Below are positions 1-10,581 of a stretch of DNA of 64,000 nt, piece after piece. Source of the stretch: Nitratiruptor sp. (GTDB lineage Bacteria > Campylobacterota > Campylobacteria > Campylobacterales > Nitratiruptoraceae); assembly GCA_015494535.1 (NCBI GenBank), contig WGBC01000084.1, positions 32,801-96,800 of the forward strand, in the 5' to 3' direction. Position 1 is the stretch's first letter. Each line of letters starts with the position of its first letter. The notes under the pieces are model-generated. The model saw nothing but the letters and a program-made list of their open reading frames with translations. It was not told the DNA's origin and ran no database searches. The position numbers and the translations under genes were made by a program.

Positions 1-219
1 GACGATGAGGCTTCTGATTTCCGCCAAACGCACGCTATGGATATGCAATGCAACGTAGCCCACTATTTCGTCGTCGATTTTTGCGATGGTATAGGATCGG
101 ATGTTCGTAGCTACTTCGTCGTCGCTTCGCGGCAAAATTATACCATCTTTTACATACTCCAGCGCAAGCCGCTGCATCTGCGCAATGTCAGTGAGTATCG
201 GTTTTTTGTAGGTTACCAA
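1..219 (-). CDS. GNAT N-acetyltransferase, short ArgA/N-acetylglutamate synthase-like (partial, runs off window start)
   Basis: Manual translation from TTG at 219: MVTYKKPILTDIAQMQRL...IILPRSDDEVATNIRSY...IVGYVALHIHSVRLAEIRSLIV. The LPRS and AEIRSL motifs are typical of short ArgA-type GNATs. Overlaps the engB 3' end. Confidence 0.75.
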   Translation of the reverse strand, partial: MVTYKKPILTDIAQMQRLALEYVKDGIILPRSDDEVATNIRSYTIAKIDDEIVGYVALHIHSVRLAEIRSLIV

Positions 220-805
220 AGATATGCTCCAATATCTTGATTTTGAGCTCCTCAATCCCTTTTTTGTCGACACTAGAGACCAACAACGCATCGGGATGGA
301 GCTTTTTGAGTGCCGCTTTTTGGGACTGCTTGAGTTTATCGGCTTTGGTAAAGACCTCGATAATCTTCTGATCCCCTCTAGCGATGGAGCGCAAGAACTC
401 CCTCGTGGATTTGTCGATGGCAAGTTCTGGATGCCTTGCATCAATGAGATGGATGAATATACGGATACTATCTCGTTGGCGTAGAAACTGCGTGAGATTC
501 TTCTGCCACTCCTCTTTGATGCTTTTGCTTGTCTTGGCATACCCGTATCCCGGCAGATCCACGAAACGAAGGGGGTAGATCGCCTCGCCATCCTTATAGT
601 GTACCTCAAAAAAATTGATAAGCTTGGTTTTCCCTGGTGTTGCAGAACTCTTCGCCAGGTTTTTCCTCTCCACCAACGCGTTGAGCAAAGAACTTTTGCC
701 CACATTGCTGCGCCCAAGAAACGCCACTTCGCTCATGCTAGGTGGCGGGGCTTGTTTGATGGATGGTGCCGATGTGAGAAACTCCGCTTTGACTGCTTTA
801 ATCAT
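188..805 (-). CDS. engB: Ribosome biogenesis GTPase EngB/YihA/YsxC
   Basis: GRSNVGKSS, TPGKT, DLPGYGY and TKADK GTPase motifs. Confidence 0.96.
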   Translation of the reverse strand: MIKAVKAEFLTSAPSIKQAPPPSMSEVAFLGRSNVGKSSLLNALVERKNLAKSSATPGKTKLINFFEVHYKDGEAIYPLRFVDLPGYGYAKTSKSIKEEWQKNLTQFLRQRDSIRIFIHLIDARHPELAIDKSTREFLRSIARGDQKIIEVFTKADKLKQSQKAALKKLHPDALLVSSVDKKGIEELKIKILEHIFGNLQKTDTH

Positions 806-1257
806 TTCTCCTCGATATTAATAATCATTTTGACAGGTTTGTTATACGAGCCTTGGACATTGAGTTTCGAGCTTTGCAGATTGAGATATATCTCTTGCGC
901 AAAGAGCTTTTTCTTCTCTGGCATCTGCTCGATATGCACATCGCCTCGCAATAGATACTCTTTTTTATTGGGAAAATAGATGATCTGCTTGGCGCTGCCG
1001 CTATAGCGTTTTTTGTTTTTATCTACGATGCTAAATCGCACATTTCCTTTGGCTACGATTTTGATAGGCTTATGCTTCTTGTTGAAGTAGATCACCACCT
1101 CATCAGCTTCTATCCTGTCTTGTGCACGCTTAACCACCACGCTGCCCAAAAATTTGGAAATCAGCTCTTTTTGGCTCGCCTCAAACTTCTTGGAAGTGAT
1201 CTCGATGTTTTCTGCTTGCAAAAGCAGCGCGAAAACGAGCAACAGTATCAATCTCAT
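802..1257 (-). CDS. lptA: LPS transport periplasmic protein LptA (OstA-like)
   Basis: Signal peptide, beta-jellyroll-like sequence, position downstream of kdsC-lptC. Confidence 0.85.
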   Translation of the reverse strand: MRLILLLVFALLLQAENIEITSKKFEASQKELISKFLGSVVVKRAQDRIEADEVVIYFNKKHKPIKIVAKGNVRFSIVDKNKKRYSGSAKQIIYFPNKKEYLLRGDVHIEQMPEKKKLFAQEIYLNLQSSKLNVQGSYNKPVKMIINIEEK

Positions 1258-1259
1258 AT

Positions 1260-1748
1260 CTAACTCTTTAGTTTCGCTTCTATATTGTAAGCCACTATTT
1301 TACCCAATTTTTGGTTATAGAGAAGTTTCGAGCCCTTCACATGCATATCCTTAGCCTGCAATTTGAAGCTCACAGGCACTTGCACGATTTTGCTGTGCAA
1401 GAAGTAGTTGACCTTTTGGCTAAAAAAATGAAATTCTTTGCCATAGTATCCCACATCACCACGCAGCTGCAAAACAAACTCGTCATATTTTGCCTCTTTT
1501 GCCTCTATTTTCTCCCCGTCTCTTTGCGCCTGGACGTCTCTTACGACCAAAACGTCGCCTCGTTTTATACCCTCTCGCCCTCGCAGCTGCATCTGTATGC
1601 CATCTGTTACAAGGGATTTGAACTCGAAGTTTTTAAACTGGATCTGGGCTTCGGAGGCGGCTCGCACATCTACCTCGAAAGGCTTGAAAAGCAGCAGCCA
1701 AACAAGGATGAAGCCCAATAAGATGCCAAAAAAGTAGTAAATCTTCAC
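1260..1748 (-). CDS. lptC: LPS export protein LptC-like
   Basis: Single N-terminal TM helix then a beta-rich domain; lies between kdsC and lptA. Confidence 0.7.
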   Translation of the reverse strand: MKIYYFFGILLGFILVWLLLFKPFEVDVRAASEAQIQFKNFEFKSLVTDGIQMQLRGREGIKRGDVLVVRDVQAQRDGEKIEAKEAKYDEFVLQLRGDVGYYGKEFHFFSQKVNYFLHSKIVQVPVSFKLQAKDMHVKGSKLLYNQKLGKIVAYNIEAKLKS

Positions 1749-2242
1749 TTTGTCCAGTACTCCAGATACTCTTGATAGAGCCCCTCTTTTTGGAGCAAGA
1801 ACTCTATCATCTCTCTAACAGCCCCTTCGCCACCTCTAGAACCAAGCACCACATCCACGCGCTCTTTGATATAGGGCACGGCATCTTGTGGAGCGAAAGA
1901 GAGCCCTACCTCTTGTAAAAGCCTGAAATCGTTGAGATCGTCACCAATTGCGGCGAAACGCTCCAAACCGATGCCAAGTTTTTGGCTCAGCTCTTTTATC
2001 GCCTCGTCTTTTCTCTTGACGCACTGATAAAGATGCTCAATTCCTAGCTCCTTTGCCCTGTACTCCACTATTTTCGAAGTTCGTCCCGTAATGATGGCGG
2101 CCTTTTTCCCGAGCCTCAGCCACTGCACGATAGCGAAACCATCTTTGACATTGAAAGCTTTGAGTTCATCCCCGCTGTTTGTGTAGACTATCTGCCCATT
2201 GGTCATGCACCCATCAACATCGAGCACGATCACATCGATCAT
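1745..2242 (-). CDS. kdsC: KDO 8-phosphate phosphatase (HAD family)
   Basis: DVDGCMT, FNVKDG, ITGR, GDDLND and GGEGAVRE motifs. Confidence 0.93.
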   Translation of the reverse strand: MIDVIVLDVDGCMTNGQIVYTNSGDELKAFNVKDGFAIVQWLRLGKKAAIITGRTSKIVEYRAKELGIEHLYQCVKRKDEAIKELSQKLGIGLERFAAIGDDLNDFRLLQEVGLSFAPQDAVPYIKERVDVVLGSRGGEGAVREMIEFLLQKEGLYQEYLEYWTK

Positions 2243-2811
2243 AGAACGCCTTTCGTACTAGGCATGCCTGCTCTATCGTCCATGCGCAAGCTCCTGCGCA
2301 GCGCCACCGCCAACGCCTTGAAAGCGGCTTCCGCTATATGATGCCTATTTTTACCACGCAGCTGCACGATATGGCAGGTGATTTTCGCATTGAAAACTAA
2401 AGCTTTGAAAAACTCCTCTACAAGTTCGCAATCAAACTCCCCTATTTTACCATCGATCGCCACTTCATAGACCAAAAACGGACGATTGGAGAGATCAAGC
2501 GCACAGCTCACGGCGGCTTCGTCCATCACTACAACGCTATCGCCAAAACGCTCTCTGTTTTTGGGAGGGAATATCTCTTTATGTAGCGCTTCGCCAAGAA
2601 CGATGCCCACATCTTCTACGCTGTGGTGGTAATCAACATGCAAATCGCCATCGCACCTGACTTCCAGATCGAATCGCGCATGCTTGGCAAAGGATTCTAG
2701 CATATGATCGAAAAAGCCTATGCCTGTCGCCACATTTGCTCTACCCGTTCCATCTATGTCGAGTGTTAGCTCTATTTTGGTCTCTTTCGTCTCTCTTTGT
2801 AGTCTCGTCAC
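2239..2811 (-). CDS. hisB: Imidazoleglycerol-phosphate dehydratase (monofunctional)
   Basis: RETKET, TGIGFFDHML, DYHHSVED and NRHHIAEA motifs; PSTKG C-terminus. Confidence 0.96.
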   Translation of the reverse strand: MTRLQRETKETKIELTLDIDGTGRANVATGIGFFDHMLESFAKHARFDLEVRCDGDLHVDYHHSVEDVGIVLGEALHKEIFPPKNRERFGDSVVVMDEAAVSCALDLSNRPFLVYEVAIDGKIGEFDCELVEEFFKALVFNAKITCHIVQLRGKNRHHIAEAAFKALAVALRRSLRMDDRAGMPSTKGVL

Positions 2812-3578
2812 TGTCCATTCCTTATAATAAATGCTCCAGGATAAAGTCCACGATTGATGAAATCTCTCGCTTCAGCTTCGCTCTTGAAGCCTGTCAGCCA
2901 TACTCTATAGATTGGTGCACCATCGAAATCAAACTCTTTGATAACGGCTCTGTACCTGCCATCCACCAAAGCGTTTTTTCGTTTGGTGATCTGCGCCCCT
3001 TGGTATCTTCTAAAAGATCCAATCTGCACGGCGAAATCTTTGAGCACCACTTGTTTTTTCGGAACCCCTTGCAATGAAGCGATATGCTTGTCAAATCCCA
3101 ATACCTCGATCTCCACAGGTGCGGTTCCCGTACCTATCATGCCTATTTTTCTCGCCGCGGCATAGGAGAGATCTATTATCCTATTGCCAACAAATGGTCC
3201 TCTGTCATTGACACGCACGACCGTGCTTTTGCCATTGTTAAGATTAGTGACTTTAAGCATCGTATTCATGGGAAGCGTCTTGTGTGCAGCCGTGAAGTCA
3301 TGCATATTGTATATCTCGCCATTGCTTGTTTTTTTGCCATGGAAATTTGGCCCATACCAGCTAGCAATCCCTCTATATTTGGTCCCCACTTCCACCACTG
3401 TAGGGTAGTATCGCACGCCATTGACGGTGTAAGGGCGCATAGTGGCTCTATGGATCGCTTCGGAGCTTTTAGCTTTGCCATAACCGCCTGGCACATAGGC
3501 AACCTCTTGCTTGGAGCTACACCCAACGAACACCAAGACCAAACCAGCAACTGCAATGTATCTAATAGAGGACAACAA
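2808..3578 (-). CDS. rlpA: Septal ring lytic transglycosylase RlpA lipoprotein with SPOR domain
   Basis: Lipobox VFVGC; ASWYG, TAAHKTLP, VNDRGPF and RIIDLS motifs; C-terminal SPOR (VQIGSF). Confidence 0.93.
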   Translation of the reverse strand: MLSSIRYIAVAGLVLVFVGCSSKQEVAYVPGGYGKAKSSEAIHRATMRPYTVNGVRYYPTVVEVGTKYRGIASWYGPNFHGKKTSNGEIYNMHDFTAAHKTLPMNTMLKVTNLNNGKSTVVRVNDRGPFVGNRIIDLSYAAARKIGMIGTGTAPVEIEVLGFDKHIASLQGVPKKQVVLKDFAVQIGSFRRYQGAQITKRKNALVDGRYRAVIKEFDFDGAPIYRVWLTGFKSEAEARDFINRGLYPGAFIIRNGQ

Positions 3579-4764
3579 GCTTCTCTCCCACTTTTAAGAA
3601 ATTATCCTTTTTATCGTTCCAAAGCTTGAGTTTTTTAGCATCCACCCCAAATTTTCTTGCGATCTTCAAAATCGTATCACCCTTTTTAACCCGATAGATC
3701 TTTTTGTACCTCTTGGGAATCGGTAGGATGAGTCGATCGCCAATATGCAAGATATTGGAATGCAGACTGTTGAACTTTTTGATGAGTGATACCTTAATAC
3801 CAAATTTTCTAGCGATTTTGTACAAAGAATCGCCCTTTTTGACCTTGTAAGCCAAGAATCCCTTGGCGATATTGGATGGTTTGTAGTGTTTTTTGAACTC
3901 TTGATATTTTAGTTTTGGGATATAGATGGCATAACGTTTCACATCAGGTGGCGTGAATCCCCTTTTGAGATGGGGGTTGAGGTTTTTGAGGTATCGCTCT
4001 CTAAGTTTTATCTTTTCGCCCACATACATGAGCAGTTCTGCACCTTTGACTTTCACAGGCATAATCTCATACTCCTCGCCTCTTGTGAGAATATACGCCA
4101 AATCGCTATTGAGAGTATAGCTCTTGTCGTTTGCCATGAGGGCAAGCATCACAATTTTATAGAGATAACGCCTACTCTCTTTTGGCAAATACTTCCTATT
4201 CTCATCCAACAACACCATCACATCGTCCGTGCCAGCCTTCTTGATGGCTCGTTGCACCGTCCCTTCGCCTGCATTGTACGCCAAAGCCGCGAGATACCAC
4301 TTGCCAAACATGGCGTGCAGATGTTTGAGATATTTGATTGCGGCATTGGTGGATTTGTATGGATCTTTTCTCTCATCCACAAATTCATCTATTCTTAACC
4401 CAAATTTTTTGGCCGTTGCAGGCATAAACTGCCATATCCCCACTGCATGTTTGATGGATCGTGCATGGGTGGCGAAATTGGATTCTGCCAAAGCCATAAA
4501 CAAAAAAACATCTGGGATGTTGTAGGCATTGATAATTTTAACTAGGTCTGGGATAAAATAGGTCTCTACGCGTTTCACGTCGAAGAAATGGTGTTTTTTA
4601 TATTTAGCATAATGTTTTTTGAGTGCCAAAAACCGCTCGCTGTGCAAAAAACGCATAGGGATATCTAAACTCTTAGCTATATGGTGTTCAATCGAGTCGC
4701 TTTGACGCTCGAAAGAGGCAAAGAGAAGATGGCACAAAACCAACAAAACCAAAAGAATCCGCAT
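3562..4764 (-). CDS. mltD: Lytic murein transglycosylase MltD-like (SLT plus two LysM domains)
   Basis: AES catalytic Glu, GIWQFM and AYNAGEG motifs; two YxVKKGD LysM repeats. Confidence 0.9.
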   Translation of the reverse strand: MRILLVLLVLCHLLFASFERQSDSIEHHIAKSLDIPMRFLHSERFLALKKHYAKYKKHHFFDVKRVETYFIPDLVKIINAYNIPDVFLFMALAESNFATHARSIKHAVGIWQFMPATAKKFGLRIDEFVDERKDPYKSTNAAIKYLKHLHAMFGKWYLAALAYNAGEGTVQRAIKKAGTDDVMVLLDENRKYLPKESRRYLYKIVMLALMANDKSYTLNSDLAYILTRGEEYEIMPVKVKGAELLMYVGEKIKLRERYLKNLNPHLKRGFTPPDVKRYAIYIPKLKYQEFKKHYKPSNIAKGFLAYKVKKGDSLYKIARKFGIKVSLIKKFNSLHSNILHIGDRLILPIPKRYKKIYRVKKGDTILKIARKFGVDAKKLKLWNDKKDNFLKVGEKLVVLY

Positions 4765-4780
4765 ACAACTCCTTTGCTCT

Positions 4781-4789
4781 ATTATATCA
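4781..4789 (-). promoter_or_regulatory. Extended -10 element (TGATATAAT) overlapping the tatD stop, upstream of mltD
   Basis: Perfect TGnTATAAT followed by an AAGGAG SD and the mltD ATG. Confidence 0.6.
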
Positions 4790-5557
4790 CTTTATGCGAA
4801 AAAGCCTCAAGGCGTTTTGCGTGGTAATCTCTACTATCTCCTTTTCGTCCCTTTGCACGATTTGGGCAAGCTTCTTGGCTACGTAGATGGTATAGGCTGG
4901 CTCGTTTCTCTTGCCACGATAAGGTTCAGGGGTGAGGTATGGCGCATCTGTTTCCAGCACTATGCGACTTAGTGGAATCTGGGGTACTAAGCTTACAAGT
5001 TTCTTGGCATTTTTAAATGTGAGGACTCCTCCTATGCCATAGTAAAACCTATCTTGCAGATTCAAAAGTATGGGGCTTGCATTGTAGCAGTGCAATACCC
5101 CGCCCCTGTTTCCTGCATGCTTATGCAAAAGCTCGTACGCATCGCCGCTAGCCTCTCTGATATGCACGATGAGAGGCAGATCATACTCTTTGGCTAGTTC
5201 AATTTGATCGAGAAAAACTTCCTTTTGCGCCTCTTTAGTCTCCTCTTTCTCCTCTTCATCCTTTGGCAATCTATAGTAATCAAGACCACACTCCCCTACC
5301 GCTACGCATTTTGGATGGGTAATGAACCTTTTGAGATACTCCCTATCGTAACTGTCGATGTCATATGGATGCACACCCACCGCTAAATAGATTTGATCAT
5401 ACTTTTCGGCTAGCTCAATAGCTCGCGGCAAATCTTTTGGATCGGCTCCTGGGATTATCATCCTCTTTACACCAGCTTCCAAAGCCCTCGCAATTACTTC
5501 ATCCACATCATCATAGAACATCTTATGATCCAAATGCGTATGCGTATCTACTATCAA
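4787..5557 (-). CDS. tatD: TatD family hydrolase/DNase
   Basis: DTHTHL, GVHP, GECGLDY, HIRE, LETDAPY and RNEP motifs. Confidence 0.95.
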   Translation of the reverse strand: MIVDTHTHLDHKMFYDDVDEVIARALEAGVKRMIIPGADPKDLPRAIELAEKYDQIYLAVGVHPYDIDSYDREYLKRFITHPKCVAVGECGLDYYRLPKDEEEKEETKEAQKEVFLDQIELAKEYDLPLIVHIREASGDAYELLHKHAGNRGGVLHCYNASPILLNLQDRFYYGIGGVLTFKNAKKLVSLVPQIPLSRIVLETDAPYLTPEPYRGKRNEPAYTIYVAKKLAQIVQRDEKEIVEITTQNALRLFRIK

Positions 5558-7071
5558 TGAGCCTCCTTAAGCATCTTTTTAGCAAACTCCTTCGCTTCTT
5601 GGGTAATCTTCTCGCCACTGATTATGCGGGCGATCTCTTCTACTCTTTTATGATCTTTTAGCTCCGTGACGCTGCTTTTTTTCTCCTTTTTGCTCACTAA
5701 AAAGTGCTGATCCGCCACGGAAGCTAACTGGGCTTGGTGGGAGATGGCAAAAATCTGATACCTTTTAGCTAGCTCTTTCAAAATCTTTGCTACAGCCATC
5801 GACTCTTCGCCACTGATATTGGCATCAATCTCATCCAAAATCAAAACCCCCGCTTGCCCACTCTTGCTTGCAGCCAAAAAGGCAAGGCGCAATCGATTGT
5901 ATTCACCTGAGCTAATCTCTTTGAAGCTTACTCCATCAAGCTGCACCTGCACTACATCTATACCTTGAGAGCTTAGATCTTTTTTTTCAAACTTTATCGA
6001 TGCCTTTGGCAGTTTGAGCTGCATGAGGTATTCATTGATTTTTTCTAGTAGCTTCTTTACACCCTCTTTGCGCCTTTGGCTGATATTTATAGCCAACTGC
6101 ATAAGGCTCTCTTGCAAAGCCTCTAACTCCCGCTCCAGCGCCTCTTTGTCGACGCTGAGATTTTGCAGCGCTGCAAGCTCTCTTTTTTTCTCTTCTTTCA
6201 CGCGCAACGCCTCCTCGATACTGCCATAGCGCCTCTTCAGAGCCGAGAGCTTTTCTATGCGATCCAAAATCTCCTCTACATCTACTATCTCCAACTCTTG
6301 CAGTTTCTGCTCCTGAGCGTAAAAGATCTCTCTTAATTCATTCATGGCCTCATCGAAAAAGGCGCTATCCTCGCCCATAAGCGCAAGCGCTTCGGCTACT
6401 TTTCCCTCAAACTCAAAAATTCCCTGGGCTTCTTGAATGCTTTGGGAGATCTTCTCTTTTTGAGAGAGCTTTTTCTTTATCTCCATAAGCTCCTCATATT
6501 CGCCAACTTTTGGATCCACTTGCTCAATTTTTGCTATCTCAAACTCTAAAAACTCCCTCAATTCCAAGGATTTTCGCTCTTTTTCATGAAGTTCTTGTAG
6601 CGTTTTTTGCTTTTGTTCAAACTCTTTAAACTTTTCTTCATATTCAACTAAAAGGCTTCTATGCTCTTCATCCAACCAATCATCGATCATTTTGAGCACA
6701 TTTTCACTACTAAAAAAGCTGAAATCTTTTTGATTGAGATAGGCGACTTTTGGTCCAAACAGCGCTTGCAGCGCCTTTTTGGAAATGGTCTGGTTGTTAA
6801 GGAAAAATCTCGCTTTCTCCTTTTTCAAGGCTTTAACCACTATCTCCTCATCTGCCAAAAACCCAAAATCCTCCAAATCCAGATCCATATCTACTACTAT
6901 TTCGCTAAGATTAGCTTGCGGCGTCTCAAAACCAAGAAGCGCCAATAAAGATCGCATCAACAAACTTTTCCCTGCCCCACTAGGACCTGTAAAGACCACG
7001 AGCCCTTTTCTGAATTCCAAAGCAACCTCATCGAAGGAGAGGTACTCTTTGATATAGAGTCTTTGAATCAA
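5554..7071 (-). CDS. recN: DNA repair protein RecN
   Basis: Walker A TGPSGAGKS, coiled coil, SSGE signature, LILDEID; follows nadK. Confidence 0.92.
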   Translation of the reverse strand: MIQRLYIKEYLSFDEVALEFRKGLVVFTGPSGAGKSLLMRSLLALLGFETPQANLSEIVVDMDLDLEDFGFLADEEIVVKALKKEKARFFLNNQTISKKALQALFGPKVAYLNQKDFSFFSSENVLKMIDDWLDEEHRSLLVEYEEKFKEFEQKQKTLQELHEKERKSLELREFLEFEIAKIEQVDPKVGEYEELMEIKKKLSQKEKISQSIQEAQGIFEFEGKVAEALALMGEDSAFFDEAMNELREIFYAQEQKLQELEIVDVEEILDRIEKLSALKRRYGSIEEALRVKEEKKRELAALQNLSVDKEALERELEALQESLMQLAINISQRRKEGVKKLLEKINEYLMQLKLPKASIKFEKKDLSSQGIDVVQVQLDGVSFKEISSGEYNRLRLAFLAASKSGQAGVLILDEIDANISGEESMAVAKILKELAKRYQIFAISHQAQLASVADQHFLVSKKEKKSSVTELKDHKRVEEIARIISGEKITQEAKEFAKKMLKEAH

Positions 7072-7073
7072 GC

Positions 7074-7916
7074 CTATATTCCCCAGTTGAGTTTTTCGCG
7101 AAGCACATTGAAGTAATTGCGCTCTTTGCGATGAATAAGTTTTGCGCCCACCTCGGCTTTTTTGATAGTTACTATATCCTTTGGCGTAAACTCGTACATA
7201 TCCTGTCCATCTATGACGATGAGGGCGGATTTGCTTTTGGTGGTGACGCGAAACTCAAATTCTGCCGGTAATACCAAAGGTCGCTGCGTAAGCGAATGGG
7301 GGCAGATAGGTGTGAAGATAAAATCGTTGGAAAATGGATAGACTACGGGACCTCCTGCCGAGAGGTTGTATGCGGTTGATCCCGTAGGCGTGGAGATTAT
7401 GAGCCCATCGCCATAGTAGCTATTCATCAAGGCATCCTCGATAAAGACATCGATGTAGATCATTTTCGATACCGCTGGCCTTGTAATGACCACATCGTTG
7501 AAAGAGACGATTTTCTCTTTCTTGCCAAGTATGGAAATCTCTATCATCATACGCGTATCTATCCTAAACTCTCCTTTTTTAAGTTTCTTAACAAACCCTT
7601 CCACATCTTCCGGCTTGATATCTGTCAAAAATCCCAAAGTCCCTACATTAATACCAAGCACTGGCTTATGGTAAGCATAACTTCTACGAGCCACGCTTAT
7701 TAATGTCCCATCGCCGCCAAGTGAGATAAGAATATCGCACTCTTCGCACAGATCATCAAAACTCTTGCCATCCTTTTCACCTATTATCTGTGCGCTGGAT
7801 CTGTCCAAAAGTATAGCGATATCCTCTTTTTCAAAAGCTTTTTTGATTCTCTTGTACGTATCTTTAAGTTTGTAGCCACCCGGTTTGATGATGATACCTG
7901 CGCACTTGATATCCAT
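7074..7916 (-). CDS. nadK: NAD kinase
   Basis: GGDGT, GTLGFL and GDGLIISTPTGSTAYNLSAGGP motifs. Confidence 0.96.
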   Translation of the reverse strand: MDIKCAGIIIKPGGYKLKDTYKRIKKAFEKEDIAILLDRSSAQIIGEKDGKSFDDLCEECDILISLGGDGTLISVARRSYAYHKPVLGINVGTLGFLTDIKPEDVEGFVKKLKKGEFRIDTRMMIEISILGKKEKIVSFNDVVITRPAVSKMIYIDVFIEDALMNSYYGDGLIISTPTGSTAYNLSAGGPVVYPFSNDFIFTPICPHSLTQRPLVLPAEFEFRVTTKSKSALIVIDGQDMYEFTPKDIVTIKKAEVGAKLIHRKERNYFNVLREKLNWGI

Positions 7917-8008
7917 TTGCCACTCTTTTTTTGCTATATTGTAACATAATCAATTCCTTTAAAGTTTTGTTTTTGTATAATTGAGCCAAAAATTCAAAGG
8001 ATGGCGAT

Positions 8009-9769
8009 TTGCGAACAGACTACTGTGCCCAATTGAGCGAGAAAGATGTAGGCAAAGAGGTTGTACTTTGCGGTTGGGCTAATAGCTATAGGGATCATGG
8101 TGGAGTTATTTTTATAGATCTACGCGATAAAACAGGGATCGTGCAGCTAGTGTGCGATCCTGCAGATAGCCAAGAGGCCCACAAAATCGCAACGAGAGTC
8201 AGAGACGAATATGTACTCATCGCAAAAGGAAAAGTGAGACTACGAGGAGAGGGGCTAGAAAACCCCAAACTCAAAACCGGTAAAATCGAAGTAGTAGTGG
8301 ATGAGCTTTCAATAGAAAACGAGAGCGAACCATTGCCTTTCATGATAGGCGATACCAACGTCAACGAAGAGATACGCCTCAAATACCGTTATTTGGATCT
8401 ACGCACGAAGGATGCATTCAACACGTTTCAGCTTCGCAGCAAAGTGGCTATTGCCGCGAGAAACTTCTTGGATCGCAACGGCTTTTTAGAGGTAGAGACT
8501 CCCATACTTACCAAATCAACTCCCGAGGGTGCTAGAGACTACTTAGTACCAAGCAGGCTCTATCCGGGAGAGTTTTACGCGCTTCCTCAATCACCTCAGC
8601 TTTTCAAGCAGCTTTTGATGGTGGCAGGATTCGATCGCTATTTTCAGATTGCCAAATGTTTTAGAGACGAGGATTTGCGTGCCGATAGGCAGCCAGAATT
8701 CACCCAAATAGACGTAGAGATGAGTTTTTGCACAGAAGATGAAGTAATAGAGATCGCAGAAGGGCTCATCGCAGAGATTTTCAAAGCCAGCGGCATCGAA
8801 GTTAGTCCCCCATTTAGAAGGATGCCTTACGCGGAGGCTATGGAAAAATACGGCAGCGACAAGCCAGATCTTCGCTTCGGTCTGGAACTTGTGGACGTGA
8901 TAGACATATTTGAAAATACAGATCTCAAAGTCTTTCGTGATATTGCGCAATTTAAGAAAATCAATCGTATCAAAGCTTTACCTGTTCCTGGCGGAGCAGA
9001 GGCACTTAGCAGGAAAGATATAGATGAATTGACTAACTTTGTTGCCAAATTTGGCGCCAAGGGCCTTGCATGGGTGAAAGTCAAGGCCGAAGGTGAACTT
9101 CAAGGGCCAATCGTCAAATTTTTAAGTGATGAAGAAAAAAGCGCTTTGGTGCAGCGATGCAACGTCAAAGAGGGAGACCTAATCTTCTTTGGAGCCGGCA
9201 GCAAAAAGGTAGTGCTCGATTACTTAGGAAGGCTAAGAAACGAAGTGGCTAAGAGGCTTGAGCTCATAGACAACGACAAGTTCGAATTCGTCTGGATCGT
9301 GGATTTCCCTATGTTCGAAATCGAAGAAGGGGAAGTGAAAATCAAAGCCTTGCACCACCCATTCACGATGCCAAAAAATATAGATACAGACGATATCGAG
9401 GCAATGACCAGCCAAGCATACGATATCGTGCTCAACGGCGTAGAGCTTGGTGGAGGAAGTATCCGTATCCATAAGACCGAAATTCAAAAGAGAATTTTTG
9501 AGATTTTGGGCATTGAAGAGGAGGAAGCAAGAGAGAAGTTTGGCTTCTTGCTGGATGCTTTGAAATATGGTGCTCCTCCGCATGGAGGTTTTGCGATAGG
9601 CTTTGATAGGCTTGTGATGCTGCTAAGTAAAAAAGATAACATTAGAGACGTCATCGCATTTCCAAAAACACAAAAAGCCCAATGTCTGCTCACAAATGCG
9701 CCAAGCCCAGTGGATCCTGAGCAGCTAAAAGAGCTTCACATAAGGATAAGAGAGCCCAAAAAGGTATGA
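8009..9769 (+). CDS. aspS: Aspartyl-tRNA synthetase
   Basis: [33 protein letters not shown] and PPHGG motifs. Confidence 0.98.
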   Translation: MRTDYCAQLSEKDVGKEVVLCGWANSYRDHGGVIFIDLRDKTGIVQLVCDPADSQEAHKIATRVRDEYVLIAKGKVRLRGEGLENPKLKTGKIEVVVDELSIENESEPLPFMIGDTNVNEEIRLKYRYLDLRTKDAFNTFQLRSKVAIAARNFLDRNGFLEVETPILTKSTPEGARDYLVPSRLYPGEFYALPQSPQLFKQLLMVAGFDRYFQIAKCFRDEDLRADRQPEFTQIDVEMSFCTEDEVIEIAEGLIAEIFKASGIEVSPPFRRMPYAEAMEKYGSDKPDLRFGLELVDVIDIFENTDLKVFRDIAQFKKINRIKALPVPGGAEALSRKDIDELTNFVAKFGAKGLAWVKVKAEGELQGPIVKFLSDEEKSALVQRCNVKEGDLIFFGAGSKKVVLDYLGRLRNEVAKRLELIDNDKFEFVWIVDFPMFEIEEGEVKIKALHHPFTMPKNIDTDDIEAMTSQAYDIVLNGVELGGGSIRIHKTEIQKRIFEILGIEEEEAREKFGFLLDALKYGAPPHGGFAIGFDRLVMLLSKKDNIRDVIAFPKTQKAQCLLTNAPSPVDPEQLKELHIRIREPKKV

Positions 9770-9999
9770 AACTAAGCGATGCCAAAAATGGTGATATTTT
9801 AAGAGTTGTCGGCTTTGAAAAAGAGTGCGACGAGTTTCGCTGTAAACTCGAATCCATGGGCTTTAGGCGTGGAGACATCATAAAGGTGCTAAACAAAAGC
9901 TTTTTTGGGCCCATCCAAGTGGAAGTCAATGGTGCAAAGCTTGCGCTATGCAGGGGCCAGGCAGACAAAATCGAAGTAGAAAAAATCAAAGGAGCATAA
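9766..9999 (+). CDS. feoA: FeoA family ferrous iron transport protein (SH3-like)
   Basis: 77 aa with [15 protein letters not shown] and [11 protein letters not shown], matching the FeoA pattern. Confidence 0.85.
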   Translation: MKLSDAKNGDILRVVGFEKECDEFRCKLESMGFRRGDIIKVLNKSFFGPIQVEVNGAKLALCRGQADKIEVEKIKGA

Positions 10000-10581
10000 A
10001 TGAAAAAGCTATTTTTAATTATTGGAGCGCCAGGAAGCGGCAAAACGACGGATGCCGAATTAGTCGCAAAACACCATAGCGACAAAATCGTGCACTACTC
10101 CACAGGCGATCTTTTGCGCGCGGAAGTAGCAAGCGGATCTGTGCTGGGAGCTACGATTGCTAGCTATATCGATCAAGGAAAACTCGTACCTCTTGAGATT
10201 GTAATGGATACCATCAAAAACGCAATCCTCAAAAGCGACAAAGATATTATCATCATAGACGGCTTTCCAAGAAGCGTTGAGCAGATGCATGCACTTGATA
10301 AGATGCTACAAGAAAACGAAGATATCCAGCTTAAAGCAGTCATAGAAATAGTCGTTAGCGAAGAGACTGCAAAAGAGCGCGTACTTGGCAGAGCCAGAGG
10401 CGCGGACGACAACGTAGAGGTATTCAATAACCGCATGAAAGTCTATCTGGAGCCCCTTCCAGAGATTGAAAAATTTTACGAGCAAAAAGGACTACTCAAA
10501 AAGATCGATGGCGAGAGGAGCATCGAAGAGATTGTCAAAGACGTAGAGGACTTCATCCTTGCCAAAGCCAACGAATCCTAA
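10000..10581 (+). CDS. adk: Adenylate kinase (short, no large LID)
   Basis: [22 protein letters not shown] and RGADD motifs. Confidence 0.96.
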   Translation: MKKLFLIIGAPGSGKTTDAELVAKHHSDKIVHYSTGDLLRAEVASGSVLGATIASYIDQGKLVPLEIVMDTIKNAILKSDKDIIIIDGFPRSVEQMHALDKMLQENEDIQLKAVIEIVVSEETAKERVLGRARGADDNVEVFNNRMKVYLEPLPEIEKFYEQKGLLKKIDGERSIEEIVKDVEDFILAKANES

